Virus record (IMG/VR): IMGVR_UViG_3300037067_008064
Coordinates: 252,177-316,176 of that record
DNA from: a virus
Taxonomy: Duplodnaviria; Heunggongvirae; Uroviricota; Caudoviricetes
DNA length: 64,000 bases
Direction: 5' to 3' (one strand)
Made by a program: the position numbers and the translations under genes. Positions 48,703 to 58,430 of the stretch are shown in pieces. The first letter of the stretch is position 1, and each line of letters starts with the position of its first letter. The notes beneath the pieces were generated by a model. It was not told the DNA's origin, searched no databases, and was given only the letters and a program-made list of their open reading frames with translations.

Positions 48703-49447
48703 TTTAAAATTTTATTTAGTATCTTATGATAGATGTGATTCGTATATCATGAAAGATTTAAGCAATGAAGAAAGAAATTTATTGTATTGTTATACGGTGA
48801 ATCCAATGATACCTAAACTTATAACCGCAAGAATTCCAATTATAAATGAATGGAAACTTAAGTGGTATAATCCAAGATATCAAACAATGAAATATCATGA
48901 ATATGATGCAATGATTCATATTAATAAAAATGAAGAATTAATAAAAGATTTAACTCATATAGGTATTTTACATTATGATGTATATTTTAATAAAGAAAGT
49001 GTTAATGATATTTTAAAGGGGCTTGAAGAAAATTCACAAAAGATTTATTATATAATGTATAGACAAAATGATCAATTGTTTTTTACTTATGAACAATTAG
49101 ATAATATATGTAAATATATGTCTCTGAAATTAAATATGAATATAGATGTAAATAAAATATGGGATAAAGGCTGGATTAGTGAAGCATTATCTGTTGTTCC
49201 AATAAAAGTATTTAATAAGTTTTGTAATTTTTTATATGATAATCAGTTTGAATTAGAAGGATTTTTAAGTAATAATAGTTGGGGCTTAATGAATAAAATT
49301 CAACATAGGATGTGCGGGTTTATAGAAAGATTATGGGGTATTTATTTAGTATCAACTGGATTACCATTTGAACAAATGAATATAATTCATGATTGGGATA
49401 GATATGAACATAAACATGTTTACAATAGAAACAATAATTTAATATAA
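48695..49447 (+). CDS. Putative glycosyltransferase-associated protein (DUF4422-like)
   Basis: HIGILHYD ... R.CGFIERLWG. Confidence 0.55.
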   Translation: MINLKFYLVSYDRCDSYIMKDLSNEERNLLYCYTVNPMIPKLITARIPIINEWKLKWYNPRYQTMKYHEYDAMIHINKNEELIKDLTHIGILHYDVYFNKESVNDILKGLEENSQKIYYIMYRQNDQLFFTYEQLDNICKYMSLKLNMNIDVNKIWDKGWISEALSVVPIKVFNKFCNFLYDNQFELEGFLSNNSWGLMNKIQHRMCGFIERLWGIYLVSTGLPFEQMNIIHDWDRYEHKHVYNRNNNLI

Positions 49448-49893
49448 TGAAATTAGAAGTTATTAAATATTACAATGATGCTAAAAATATTTTAAGAGAA
49501 CGTTGTATTGATGTTAAAAAAAATGATATTACAATTAATTCTCTTATAGTTAATATGTTTGATACACTTAAAGAAGATGGTGTTAATGTTGGAGTTGGTT
49601 TAGCCGCTCCACAAGTTGGTTATAATTATAATTTATTTATAATATCTTATAATGGGTGGGAAGAAGTATTTATTAATCCAAAGATTTTTTCTTATGGAAT
49701 TAATATAAATATGGAAGAAAGATGTTTAAGCTTTCCTAATTTACCAAAAACAATATCAAGAAAAGATAAAGTTAAAGTAACATATTATGATAAAGATTGG
49801 AAATTACGAACTAAAAAATTTAAAGGTGTTACAGCAAGAATAATACAACATGAATATGATCACTTACTTGGAAAATTAATCATAGATTATTAA
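49447..49893 (+). CDS. def: Peptide deformylase
   Basis: GVGLAAPQVG, ERCLS (EGCLS variant), QHEYDHL.G. Confidence 0.95.
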   Translation: MKLEVIKYYNDAKNILRERCIDVKKNDITINSLIVNMFDTLKEDGVNVGVGLAAPQVGYNYNLFIISYNGWEEVFINPKIFSYGININMEERCLSFPNLPKTISRKDKVKVTYYDKDWKLRTKKFKGVTARIIQHEYDHLLGKLIIDY

Positions 49894-49894
49894 T

Positions 49895-51301
49895 ATGAAT
49901 GTATTAGATTTAAAACAAAAAAGACATCATGAGGATCATTATAAACGTATTCTTGAAAAGGGCATAGTGGGTTATGATGGATTTATAAATCCTAAGAGCA
50001 TTTGGTATTGGATGCATACTTATTGTTTGAATGATATTAATTGTTTTTTTAAAAATATATCTTCATCATATTTTTTAACAGTTGGTGATGGTTATTGTGG
50101 AAGGGAAGCTGGTTATATAAAATCATTCGGTCATAAAGTTCATGCTTCTGATATTGAAACGTGCTTAATTGAATTAGCTAAAACTAAAAATTTGATAGAT
50201 GAATATTCATGCCAAGATATGAATTCATTATCATTTGAAGATAATACTTTTGATTATGTATTATGTAAAGAATCATTGCATCATTTATCTAAACCTTATC
50301 AAGGTATATATGAAATGATGAGAGTATCTAAAAAGGGAATTATTATAATAGAACCAAACGGTGATAATAATCATCCATATTATTTAAATGATTTTGAAGA
50401 TTGTGGAAACTATGGGTTTTCTTTTAATTCATATGATTTAATTAAAGTTGGCATGTCGATGGGATATAGATACTTTGTAATTACATATTCGAATATGTTT
50501 TATGGGCAACACAATATTGACAATATATTAAATAATAAAATAGAAGAAGAGAAAAGTAGATTAAAAAGAATAGATGATACTTTGCCACTTAAAAATAAAC
50601 CATTGTTAACTTGTTTTCTTTTAAAAAATAAAGAAGATTTTGATGCGTTTCAAGATGAAAGTAAATTTATTAAAATAACTAAAAAACATAAATATTTAAA
50701 ATCACAATTTCATCAAGATGAAATTGTTTTATCATTATTAAATGAAAAATCAAATGGATATTTTATAGAACTAGGTGCAGCTGATGGTGTTGAATTTAGT
50801 AATACTTATTATTTAGAAAAAATGTTAGATTGGAAAGGTTTATTAATAGAACCTAATCCTAATTTTTATAAAGATTTACAGAATAACAGAACATGTTCTA
50901 TTTCAAATAAACTATGTTGGTCAATACCAAATTTAGAAGTAGATTTTTTGTTAAATAATAATATGAGTGGTATTGTTAATGACAACTCTGGATATTGGGT
51001 AAAAGAAAATTTAAGCAAAGATAAAATACAATTAAAAACACATTTGCTTCAAGATATTTTAGAAGAACATAATGCGCCTAATTATATTGATTTTTTATCT
51101 TTAGATGTTGATGGTGCTGAATACGAAATTCTTAAATCATTTTCATTTGATAGATATAATATAGAATTGATTTGTGTAGAACATAATAGTTTATATGATG
51201 GAACTGATAAGAAAAATTTAATTAAATCCTTATTAATTGAAAATAATTATGATTTAATTAAAGAAACAATACACGATGATTTTTATATGTTAAAAAAATA
51301 A
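49895..51301 (+). CDS. Fused methyltransferases (Methyltransf_11-like + FkbM-like)
   Basis: LSFEDNTFDYV ... LHH; SQFHQD ... FIELGAADG ... SNT ... IDFLSLDVDGAE. Confidence 0.85.
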   Translation: MNVLDLKQKRHHEDHYKRILEKGIVGYDGFINPKSIWYWMHTYCLNDINCFFKNISSSYFLTVGDGYCGREAGYIKSFGHKVHASDIETCLIELAKTKNLIDEYSCQDMNSLSFEDNTFDYVLCKESLHHLSKPYQGIYEMMRVSKKGIIIIEPNGDNNHPYYLNDFEDCGNYGFSFNSYDLIKVGMSMGYRYFVITYSNMFYGQHNIDNILNNKIEEEKSRLKRIDDTLPLKNKPLLTCFLLKNKEDFDAFQDESKFIKITKKHKYLKSQFHQDEIVLSLLNEKSNGYFIELGAADGVEFSNTYYLEKMLDWKGLLIEPNPNFYKDLQNNRTCSISNKLCWSIPNLEVDFLLNNNMSGIVNDNSGYWVKENLSKDKIQLKTHLLQDILEEHNAPNYIDFLSLDVDGAEYEILKSFSFDRYNIELICVEHNSLYDGTDKKNLIKSLLIENNYDLIKETIHDDFYMLKK

Positions 51302-51304
51302 ATT

Positions 51305-52057
51305 ATGATTAAAGACCAAATGACTTTCAATTTTATATTATCTAAATATAAAGATTCAATTAAAGAAGTATTAGATATTTATAAATTATTTATGGGATTT
51401 TATTACCCTAATAATGTAGACCGTGTTGATTTAATGACAAGATTGTGGGGTACACAATTAAGTGAAGGGATTTATATTTTAAATTATTTACATAGGTCAT
51501 TAGAATTAAAAGGTGATGTTTGCGAATTTGGAGTGGCCCAAGGTGCTACGTCTGCTTTTCTTGCAAATGAAATAAAAAATACTAATAAAAATATATGGTT
51601 ATTTGATACCTTTACTGGATTGCCAAAGCCATCAGATAAGGATATTTTAAAGGATGATATTTTTAAATTGGGTTCAATAGAAGCATACAAAGGAACAATG
51701 GCATGTAAAGAAAATGAAGTTAAAGAAAGATTAAATGAAATTAATTTTCCTATTGATAGAACTAAAATTATTTCTGGTTTAATAGAAGATATTATTAAAG
51801 AAAATAAAAATTTACCAGATAAAATTTGTTTTGCATATGTTGATTTTGATTTTTATTCTCCAATTTTAACAGCCTTAAATTATTTAGATAATCATCTTTT
51901 AATTAATGGTTATGTTGTTATAGATGATTATGATTTTTTTTCAACGGGTTCTAAAGCTGCAGTGGATGAATTTCTAGATAATAATAAAAATAAATATGAT
52001 TTAATTTTGCCTTTTAAAGAAGCTGGTAAATTTTGTATCATCAAAAAAATTAAATAA
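51305..52057 (+). CDS. TylF/MycF-family sugar O-methyltransferase
   Basis: GDVCEFGV..G, WLFDTF.GLP, VDFDFY, VIDDY. Confidence 0.9.
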   Translation: MIKDQMTFNFILSKYKDSIKEVLDIYKLFMGFYYPNNVDRVDLMTRLWGTQLSEGIYILNYLHRSLELKGDVCEFGVAQGATSAFLANEIKNTNKNIWLFDTFTGLPKPSDKDILKDDIFKLGSIEAYKGTMACKENEVKERLNEINFPIDRTKIISGLIEDIIKENKNLPDKICFAYVDFDFYSPILTALNYLDNHLLINGYVVIDDYDFFSTGSKAAVDEFLDNNKNKYDLILPFKEAGKFCIIKKIK

Positions 52058-52059
52058 TT

Positions 52060-52572
52060 ATGGAACATTTTTATAATACAATAGAAGGCAAATTTAATTT
52101 TCAAGATTTGTATACAGATATAGTTAATTGGGCTAAAGATGATTATTATTTTTTAGAAATGGGAGCGTGGCGAGGATGTTCGACAGCATATATGATTGTA
52201 GAAATAATCAATTCAGAGAAAAAAATTAAATTTGATGTGGTAGATTGTTTTAATGATGATAGTTGTAATATTTTTTTAGATAATTTAAACACAGTAAGTA
52301 ATTATTATAATCTAGTAAGAGGTTATTCTGAAATGGTTTCTAAAAAATATAAAGATGAATCGTTGGATTTTGTCTTTATAGACGGAAATCATGATTATGA
52401 TAATATTAAATTAGATATTACTAGTTGGTTATCTAAAGTAAAAAAAGGTGGAATAATAGCTGGGCATGATTATCATGATATAGTATTTCCCGGTGTTGTG
52501 CAAGCAGTTAAAGAATTTTTTGGAAATAATTATTATGTTACTAAAAGTGGCTGTTGGGTATTTAAGAAATAA
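52060..52572 (+). CDS. Class I SAM methyltransferase (paralogue of 46927)
   Basis: LEMGAWRG.S ... FIDGNH.Y ... GGIIAGHDY. Confidence 0.9.
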   Translation: MEHFYNTIEGKFNFQDLYTDIVNWAKDDYYFLEMGAWRGCSTAYMIVEIINSEKKIKFDVVDCFNDDSCNIFLDNLNTVSNYYNLVRGYSEMVSKKYKDESLDFVFIDGNHDYDNIKLDITSWLSKVKKGGIIAGHDYHDIVFPGVVQAVKEFFGNNYYVTKSGCWVFKK

Positions 52573-52585
52573 AATAAAACTATCT

Positions 52586-55500
52586 ATGTATCAGAAAGAA
52601 CTTATAAAAAAGACTAAAAAATTTAGGCCTGCTCCAAAATATAAACCATATCCTCCATATCACACGGGTAATTATATAGAAGATTATTTTTTTAATTTTT
52701 ACATTAAAAATAACATAAAAACCAATAGAATTTATTTGCCTATTTCTTGGACTAGTGTTTATATAAATGAAGGCTCAGAAAACTTAAGAAAAGAATTACA
52801 AGAATTTTTAAATTCACTTGACCCTAATAAGAAATATTTTACTGTGTGCCAGCATGAAGAATCTCCAAAAGAAATTTTACCAAAAAATACAATTATATTT
52901 ACGGCATCTGGAAAAGTTCATGAAAAAACAAATAACAATAATTGTAAGCCTATACCATTAATTTGTTCTAAAATTCAAATCTCCAATATAAATAAAAAGA
53001 AAGATATTTTTTGTTCTTTTATTGGTGCTAATACCCATATTATTAGAAACAAATTATATGAGCAACTTAAAAATGATAAAGATTTTTATTTTGAAATATT
53101 TAAATGGGAACCTATTATTTCTAAGGAAAAAGAATTTAAATTTAAAGATATAACTGAAAGATCAATTTTTACTTTATGCCCAAGAGGCGATGGCCCAACC
53201 AGTTTTAGATTTTATGAAGCAATGCAACTTGGTTCTATACTTGTATATGTTTATGATTCATTGTGGTTACCATATCAAAAAGATTTGGATTGGCATAATT
53301 TATGCGTTTTAGTTCATGAAAACGAAATACCACATATTAAAGAAATTTTAGAAAGTATTTCTGAAGAAAAAATTAAATCTATGCAATCATATGCTAAAAA
53401 AATATATGATGAATGGTTTTCTTTAGAAGGTATGAGTACTAAAATTATTATGCAATTACAAAATGAAAAAACAAGATTGTTAACTGCATTTTCAGATTCA
53501 CATGATATTTTATTTAAAAAATATTTTAAACCAACTGTAGATAAATTAAATGAATATGATTTAGTAGTTGAAAAATATAATCAACTAAGTGATACTGGAG
53601 AATTTTATAAAACAGGTTGGAAAGAAGCTGTTGGTGAAAAACTTAAATTTTTACTTAAAACAATTAATGAATGTTGGGGAGATTATTTTATTTTTTCTGA
53701 TGTAGATGTTATGTTTATTAAACCATCTAAAGATTTTTTAATAAACCAACTAGGCACTAATGATGTAGCCTTTCAAAGAGATAATAAAGATTTATGTTCT
53801 GGTTTTTTTATTATGAAAGCTAATGATGCCACACTCAAATTTGTTACAGAATGCATTAATAATTATAACTTATATCCAGAAGATCAAGAGGCAATGAGAA
53901 AAAATAAACATTTGGTTAATAGTAAATTATTGCCTAATGAAATTTTTAACATTGCAATGGTAAATAATTATAGAGTATGGAATGGGGAGTATTTTGATAT
54001 TCCTAAAAATATTTTAGTATTTCATGCAAATTGGACTGTTGGAATAAAATCAAAAATAGATTTATTTGATTTTATAATAGAAAATTTAGGTGATAGTATT
54101 GATTTATCTCATGTTAAAAATAAACATGAGAATATTATTTATTATAAGTTTGATAATAATTCTTTATTTGTTGGAACAACTAAAGCCGGCAAAATGATTA
54201 ATGGCAAATACTTAAAAAAAGATAATGAAGTTTCAATTATAGATAAATCTAATATTAATTTTTGTGTTAACATTTATTTTAATTATTTTAAATCTAATGT
54301 TAAAAAGAGAACAAATGAAATTGAATATTGTCTTTCTAGAATTATAGAAAATAAAAAAATTAATAATATTTTTTTATTATGTTCGGATGATTATACAGAA
54401 AAATTAGATAAAAGAATTATTAAAATTGATATGTTTGGACAACAACCTACATATGAAGATGTTTTTAATATAATTAATTTTAATACAGGCATTAATGATT
54501 TAAATATTATATTAAATTCAGATTGTTTTATAGATGAAGAAAATATTAAATTAATATTAGACAATATTAAAAATAAACAAGTTTATTGTTTATCGAGATG
54601 GGATATAAATAATTTTGAACCATTTAAAACTAAACATTTTGATGTTGGTGTTAGCCAAGATGCATGGATTTTTTTAGGAAAAATGGAAAATTTAAAATTT
54701 AAAGATTTTAAAATGGGTAAACCGGGGTGTGATAATAGAATTGCATATGAATTTGATCAAGCTGGTTATACTGTTTTAAACCCTTCCAAAGATGTTAAAG
54801 TTTATCATTATCATTTTTCTAATATTAGAACCTATGGAGATAATACTATAGAAAAAGAAAAAAATAGAATTCCAAAACCATATAAATTTATAGAGAGTTC
54901 ATCTCTTAAATTTAATATTCCTAAAAATGAAATAATTAAATTACCAGTTGTTCCAGAAAACAATATTGTTAATTTTAACATTATAAATTCTGATGATTTT
55001 AATATCCTTCATCACTTAGGATTAATTGATCATATTATAAATAATGGTATGGTTAGATATTATTGTAATTTTTATAAACGTTTAAATCTATTTTGTAAAG
55101 AAAAAAACGCAAAGTTGGTTCAATATATGTATAGAGATCTTAATAATATTAATCTTATAACTATAAAAGAAGACATTGAATTAAACAATAAAATAGCTAG
55201 TATTCCTAAAGAAAAACTTTTAAAAATTATATTAAATAATTCAGAACTTTCTAGTAAAAAAACAATTGATACATTATTTTATGAAGGTGCTAAAATTTCT
55301 TTAAATTATAAATGGGATAACTTTTTTGTATCGAGAGATAGTAAAATGGAGAAAAATATTTTTACTAAGCTATTAAAATTAAATAAAACTGATGAGTATG
55401 TATTTATTCAGGGTGATATTAATAAAATGAACATTAATCCTAAATTTAAAGTTATCAATGTTGATAATTATCCAGATATTAATATATTTTATTTTATGTA

Positions 55501-55666
55501 CACTATAGAAAATGCTAAAGAAATACATTGTGAAAATGATATATTTTATTGGTTAATAGATTGTATGCAATTAAAAACTGAAAACTTATTTTTATACGCG
55601 CCTATAAATAATATGTTAGGCATTCCCAAATTAGATTGGAAAATTATTACACCTATAAAAAAATAA
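52586..55666 (+). CDS. Multidomain glycosyltransferase (exostosin/GT47 + nucleotide-diphospho-sugar transferase + further GT-like domains)
   Basis: FTLCPRG.G..SFRFYEA; FSDVDV ... CSGFF ... DQ ... HANW; NSDC ... QDAWIF ... GCDNRIA; start revised to MYQKE. Confidence 0.85.
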   Translation: MYQKELIKKTKKFRPAPKYKPYPPYHTGNYIEDYFFNFYIKNNIKTNRIYLPISWTSVYINEGSENLRKELQEFLNSLDPNKKYFTVCQHEESPKEILPKNTIIFTASGKVHEKTNNNNCKPIPLICSKIQISNINKKKDIFCSFIGANTHIIRNKLYEQLKNDKDFYFEIFKWEPIISKEKEFKFKDITERSIFTLCPRGDGPTSFRFYEAMQLGSILVYVYDSLWLPYQKDLDWHNLCVLVHENEIPHIKEILESISEEKIKSMQSYAKKIYDEWFSLEGMSTKIIMQLQNEKTRLLTAFSDSHDILFKKYFKPTVDKLNEYDLVVEKYNQLSDTGEFYKTGWKEAVGEKLKFLLKTINECWGDYFIFSDVDVMFIKPSKDFLINQLGTNDVAFQRDNKDLCSGFFIMKANDATLKFVTECINNYNLYPEDQEAMRKNKHLVNSKLLPNEIFNIAMVNNYRVWNGEYFDIPKNILVFHANWTVGIKSKIDLFDFIIENLGDSIDLSHVKNKHENIIYYKFDNNSLFVGTTKAGKMINGKYLKKDNEVSIIDKSNINFCVNIYFNYFKSNVKKRTNEIEYCLSRIIENKKINNIFLLCSDDYTEKLDKRIIKIDMFGQQPTYEDVFNIINFNTGINDLNIILNSDCFIDEENIKLILDNIKNKQVYCLSRWDINNFEPFKTKHFDVGVSQDAWIFLGKMENLKFKDFKMGKPGCDNRIAYEFDQAGYTVLNPSKDVKVYHYHFSNIRTYGDNTIEKEKNRIPKPYKFIESSSLKFNIPKNEIIKLPVVPENNIVNFNIINSDDFNILHHLGLIDHIINNGMVRYYCNFYKRLNLFCKEKNAKLVQYMYRDLNNINLITIKEDIELNNKIASIPKEKLLKIILNNSELSSKKTIDTLFYEGAKISLNYKWDNFFVSRDSKMEKNIFTKLLKLNKTDEYVFIQGDINKMNINPKFKVINVDNYPDINIFYFMYTIENAKEIHCENDIFYWLIDCMQLKTENLFLYAPINNMLGIPKLDWKIITPIKK

Positions 55667-55668
55667 TT

Positions 55669-56397
55669 ATGAAAACATATTTATGTTCTTATGGAACGCC
55701 AGAATATAATGGGTCTTTAGATATATTAAAAAAAACCGCATTAGAAATTGGAAAAGTTGATGAGGTTTTTATTTATAGTAAAGATTGGTTAGTTAATTCT
55801 GGATTTTATCTTAAAAATAAATATATATTAGATCAAAAAAGGGGTGGTGGATATTGGCTTTGGAAATTATATATTATACTAGATTCATTTAATAAAATGA
55901 ATGATGGTGATGTCTTAATGTACACAGATGCTGGTGTTAAAATAATTAATGATTTAACACCTTTATATACATTAGCATCTACTGAAATTAATAATGGCAA
56001 GATTTTTTTTAGATTACCTGGTGGTCATTTAAATAAAACATGGACCAAAAGAGATTGTTTTGTTTTAATGAATTGTGATACACAAGAATATTGGGAAGGG
56101 GCTCAAACTAATGCAGCGTTTCAACTGTATGTTAAGCACCAAGATAATATAGATTTTATTAACGAATATTTAAAGTACGCAAGAGACCCACGTATTATCA
56201 CTGACGATATGAATATGTGTGGCAGACCAAATTTATTAGGATTTAAAGATCATAGGCATGACCAATCAATTTTATCTTTACTTTGTAATAAATATAAATT
56301 TATAATGTATAGAGACCCATCACAATGGGGGGAAACGGATAAAGATAATTATTCTGATTATCCTCAATTGTTTAATCATCATAGAAATAAATTTTAA
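55669..56397 (+). CDS. GT-A type glycosyltransferase-like protein
   Basis: RGGGYWLWK ... Y.DAG ... WTKRD ... HRHDQSILS. Confidence 0.75.
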   Translation: MKTYLCSYGTPEYNGSLDILKKTALEIGKVDEVFIYSKDWLVNSGFYLKNKYILDQKRGGGYWLWKLYIILDSFNKMNDGDVLMYTDAGVKIINDLTPLYTLASTEINNGKIFFRLPGGHLNKTWTKRDCFVLMNCDTQEYWEGAQTNAAFQLYVKHQDNIDFINEYLKYARDPRIITDDMNMCGRPNLLGFKDHRHDQSILSLLCNKYKFIMYRDPSQWGETDKDNYSDYPQLFNHHRNKF

Positions 56398-56470
56398 TGT
56401 ATTATATTATGAACAACAAGTATGAAAGTTAAAAATTTATTTAGAATATATAATTAAATAATTTATACTT

Positions 56471-57001
56471 ATGGAAACTAAATACATAATTTATGGTTTA
56501 TTTTGTCCATTTTTAGATAAAGTACATTATGTGGGTAAAAGTACCACATATATGATTAGACCATTATCTCATATGACAAAATCACATTCAGATAAAATTA
56601 ATGAATGGGTTTATAATTTAAAAATATTAGGATATAAACCAATAATTAAAATTTTAGAAAATTGTACTGAAAAAAATTTAGATGATAGAGAAAAATTTTG
56701 GATAGATAAATATAATCAAGAGGGAGCATATTTATTAAATAAAACATATAATAATGTTCTTAATATTATTAATCAGCCACCATATCAAGATAATAAAATT
56801 ATAATTAAAAAATTAGGAAGCGAAATTAAAAAAATTAGAATATCTAAAGGAATACAGCAAACTAAATTATCAAAAGTAATTAATATATCTAGAAATACAT
56901 TAATTTTAATTGAAAATGGTAACGGTGGAATATCTTTAAATAATTTAATTAAAGTTTTAAATGGATTAAATTTAGAATTAACTATTCAATTTAAAAATTA
57001 A
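56471..57001 (+). mobile_element. GIY-YIG endonuclease fused to XRE-type HTH
   Basis: IIYGL ... HYVGKS ... E.FWI ... LLN; IKKIR ... QTKLS ... ISRNTL..IENG; GAATATATAA at 56444. Confidence 0.8.
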
Positions 57002-57067
57002 TATATAAATTATTAAATATTATCACGGTTTGAACATAAACACGAATTACGTACTAAATATAATACA

Positions 57068-57628
57068 ATGCAAGAAATTTTAAATAAAATATTAAGTGTA
57101 ACTAATAAAGAATTAAATAATTTGAATACAACTTTTATTCAATATATTTTATTAGCAACACATGGTGATTTTTTTCATCTTCCTTCTGGAAAAGAACATT
57201 ATAGATTATTAATGTATATTTCATCTTTATATAATAATTGTGTTTTATATGATGTTGGTACATATCAAGGATTTTCATCTATAGCTTTATCATACAATAA
57301 AACAAATAAAGTTATATCATATGATATTAAGAAATGTATTCCAGCTTATCCTATTAAACATAATTTAAAATATTGTATTGGTGATGTAACAGAACTGGAA
57401 GATTTGAATTCAACACAATTTATATTTTTAGATGTTAATCATGATGGGTCATTTGAAAATAAATTTTATAATCATTTGCATGATATAAAATGGAATGGAT
57501 TATTACTCTTAGATGATATAAATTTTAATGAACCAATGAACCAATTTTGGAATAATATATCTGAAGAAAAATATGATATTACTAAAATAGGACATTGGAG
57601 TGGAACTGGATTAGTAAATTTTAAATAA
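57068..57628 (+). CDS. Class I SAM methyltransferase
   Basis: GKEHYRLL ... DVGTYQGFS ... FLDV.H ... LLDDI. Confidence 0.8.
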   Translation: MQEILNKILSVTNKELNNLNTTFIQYILLATHGDFFHLPSGKEHYRLLMYISSLYNNCVLYDVGTYQGFSSIALSYNKTNKVISYDIKKCIPAYPIKHNLKYCIGDVTELEDLNSTQFIFLDVNHDGSFENKFYNHLHDIKWNGLLLLDDINFNEPMNQFWNNISEEKYDITKIGHWSGTGLVNFK

Positions 57629-57635
57629 TAATATT

Positions 57636-58169
57636 ATGGAAGAACAAAAAAGAACTTTAATTAAAGTATCATCAGTAGAAGAATTTGATGAAATAATGAA
57701 TAACACGGATTTATCGGGGCGTGATAATTTTTATACACATTTAATAGTGCAAGAAATCCCCGGTTGGGTTAATTCAATTGGTAAAACAGGTGAACCATTA
57801 GAAGCAGTAGAATATGAATGGTTAGTTCCAAGAAGAGGATTTAATGAAGATGAATTAGCTAAATTAAAGTGGCTATTTGATTTTTTTAATATGAATGTAG
57901 AAGTAATTTCTAAAATGTATAGAGATGAATTTAAAGAACAAGAAAAAATAGATTTACCTAATTCTAAAGAAAAAGAATCTAATGTTAAAGAAGAAAAAAT
58001 TGAAGCATTTAAAAAAGATTTATCTATGGTTATAAATAAATATTCATTTGAAAATGGAAGTAATACACCAGATTTTATATTAGCAGATTATTTATATAGT
58101 TGTTTAATATCATTTAATAGAGCTTCTAATGCTAGAGGAGATTGGTATGATCAACCTTTAGAATCATAA
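57636..58169 (+). CDS. Hypothetical phage protein
   Basis: C-terminal INKYSFENGSNTPDFILADYL motif. Confidence 0.65.
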   Translation: MEEQKRTLIKVSSVEEFDEIMNNTDLSGRDNFYTHLIVQEIPGWVNSIGKTGEPLEAVEYEWLVPRRGFNEDELAKLKWLFDFFNMNVEVISKMYRDEFKEQEKIDLPNSKEKESNVKEEKIEAFKKDLSMVINKYSFENGSNTPDFILADYLYSCLISFNRASNARGDWYDQPLES

Positions 58170-58171
58170 TT

Positions 58172-58357
58172 ATGAATACAGACGGAAAATTAAAAGCATA
58201 TGTTATTAAAAGAGGGTCAACTGTGGATTTTGAAAAAGAACTTAATGATTGGCTCTCAAAAAATAAAGTAAACATATTAAATGTATATTATCAAATAAAT
58301 GATGGTGGAAATCATTCTATATTAATTTTATATAAAGAAGAAGATATTTTATTATAA
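58172..58357 (+). CDS. Small hypothetical protein
   Basis: ORF. Confidence 0.6.
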   Translation: MNTDGKLKAYVIKRGSTVDFEKELNDWLSKNKVNILNVYYQINDGGNHSILILYKEEDILL

Positions 58358-58371
58358 AAAACTAATTTAAT

Positions 58372-58403
58372 AGAAAAGGAGAGTAAATTTACTCTCCTTT
58401 TCT
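58372..58403. terminator. Bidirectional intrinsic terminator between convergent operons
   Basis: Perfect 32-bp palindrome agaaaaggagagtaaa/tttactctccttttct. Confidence 0.85.
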
Positions 58404-58430
58404 TATTATGTACCATTTAAGGTTTTAAGA

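Noticed and set aside
26808-57001. Group I introns around the GIY-YIG genes
   Set aside because: Flanking genes are complete and separate, the endonucleases have their own promoter motifs, and there is no room for intron cores
42144-57628. Host LPS/capsule locus (prophage flank or chimeric assembly)
   Set aside because: Interspersed with phage-type small genes, same composition and packing as the rest, and no wzx/wzy or housekeeping context
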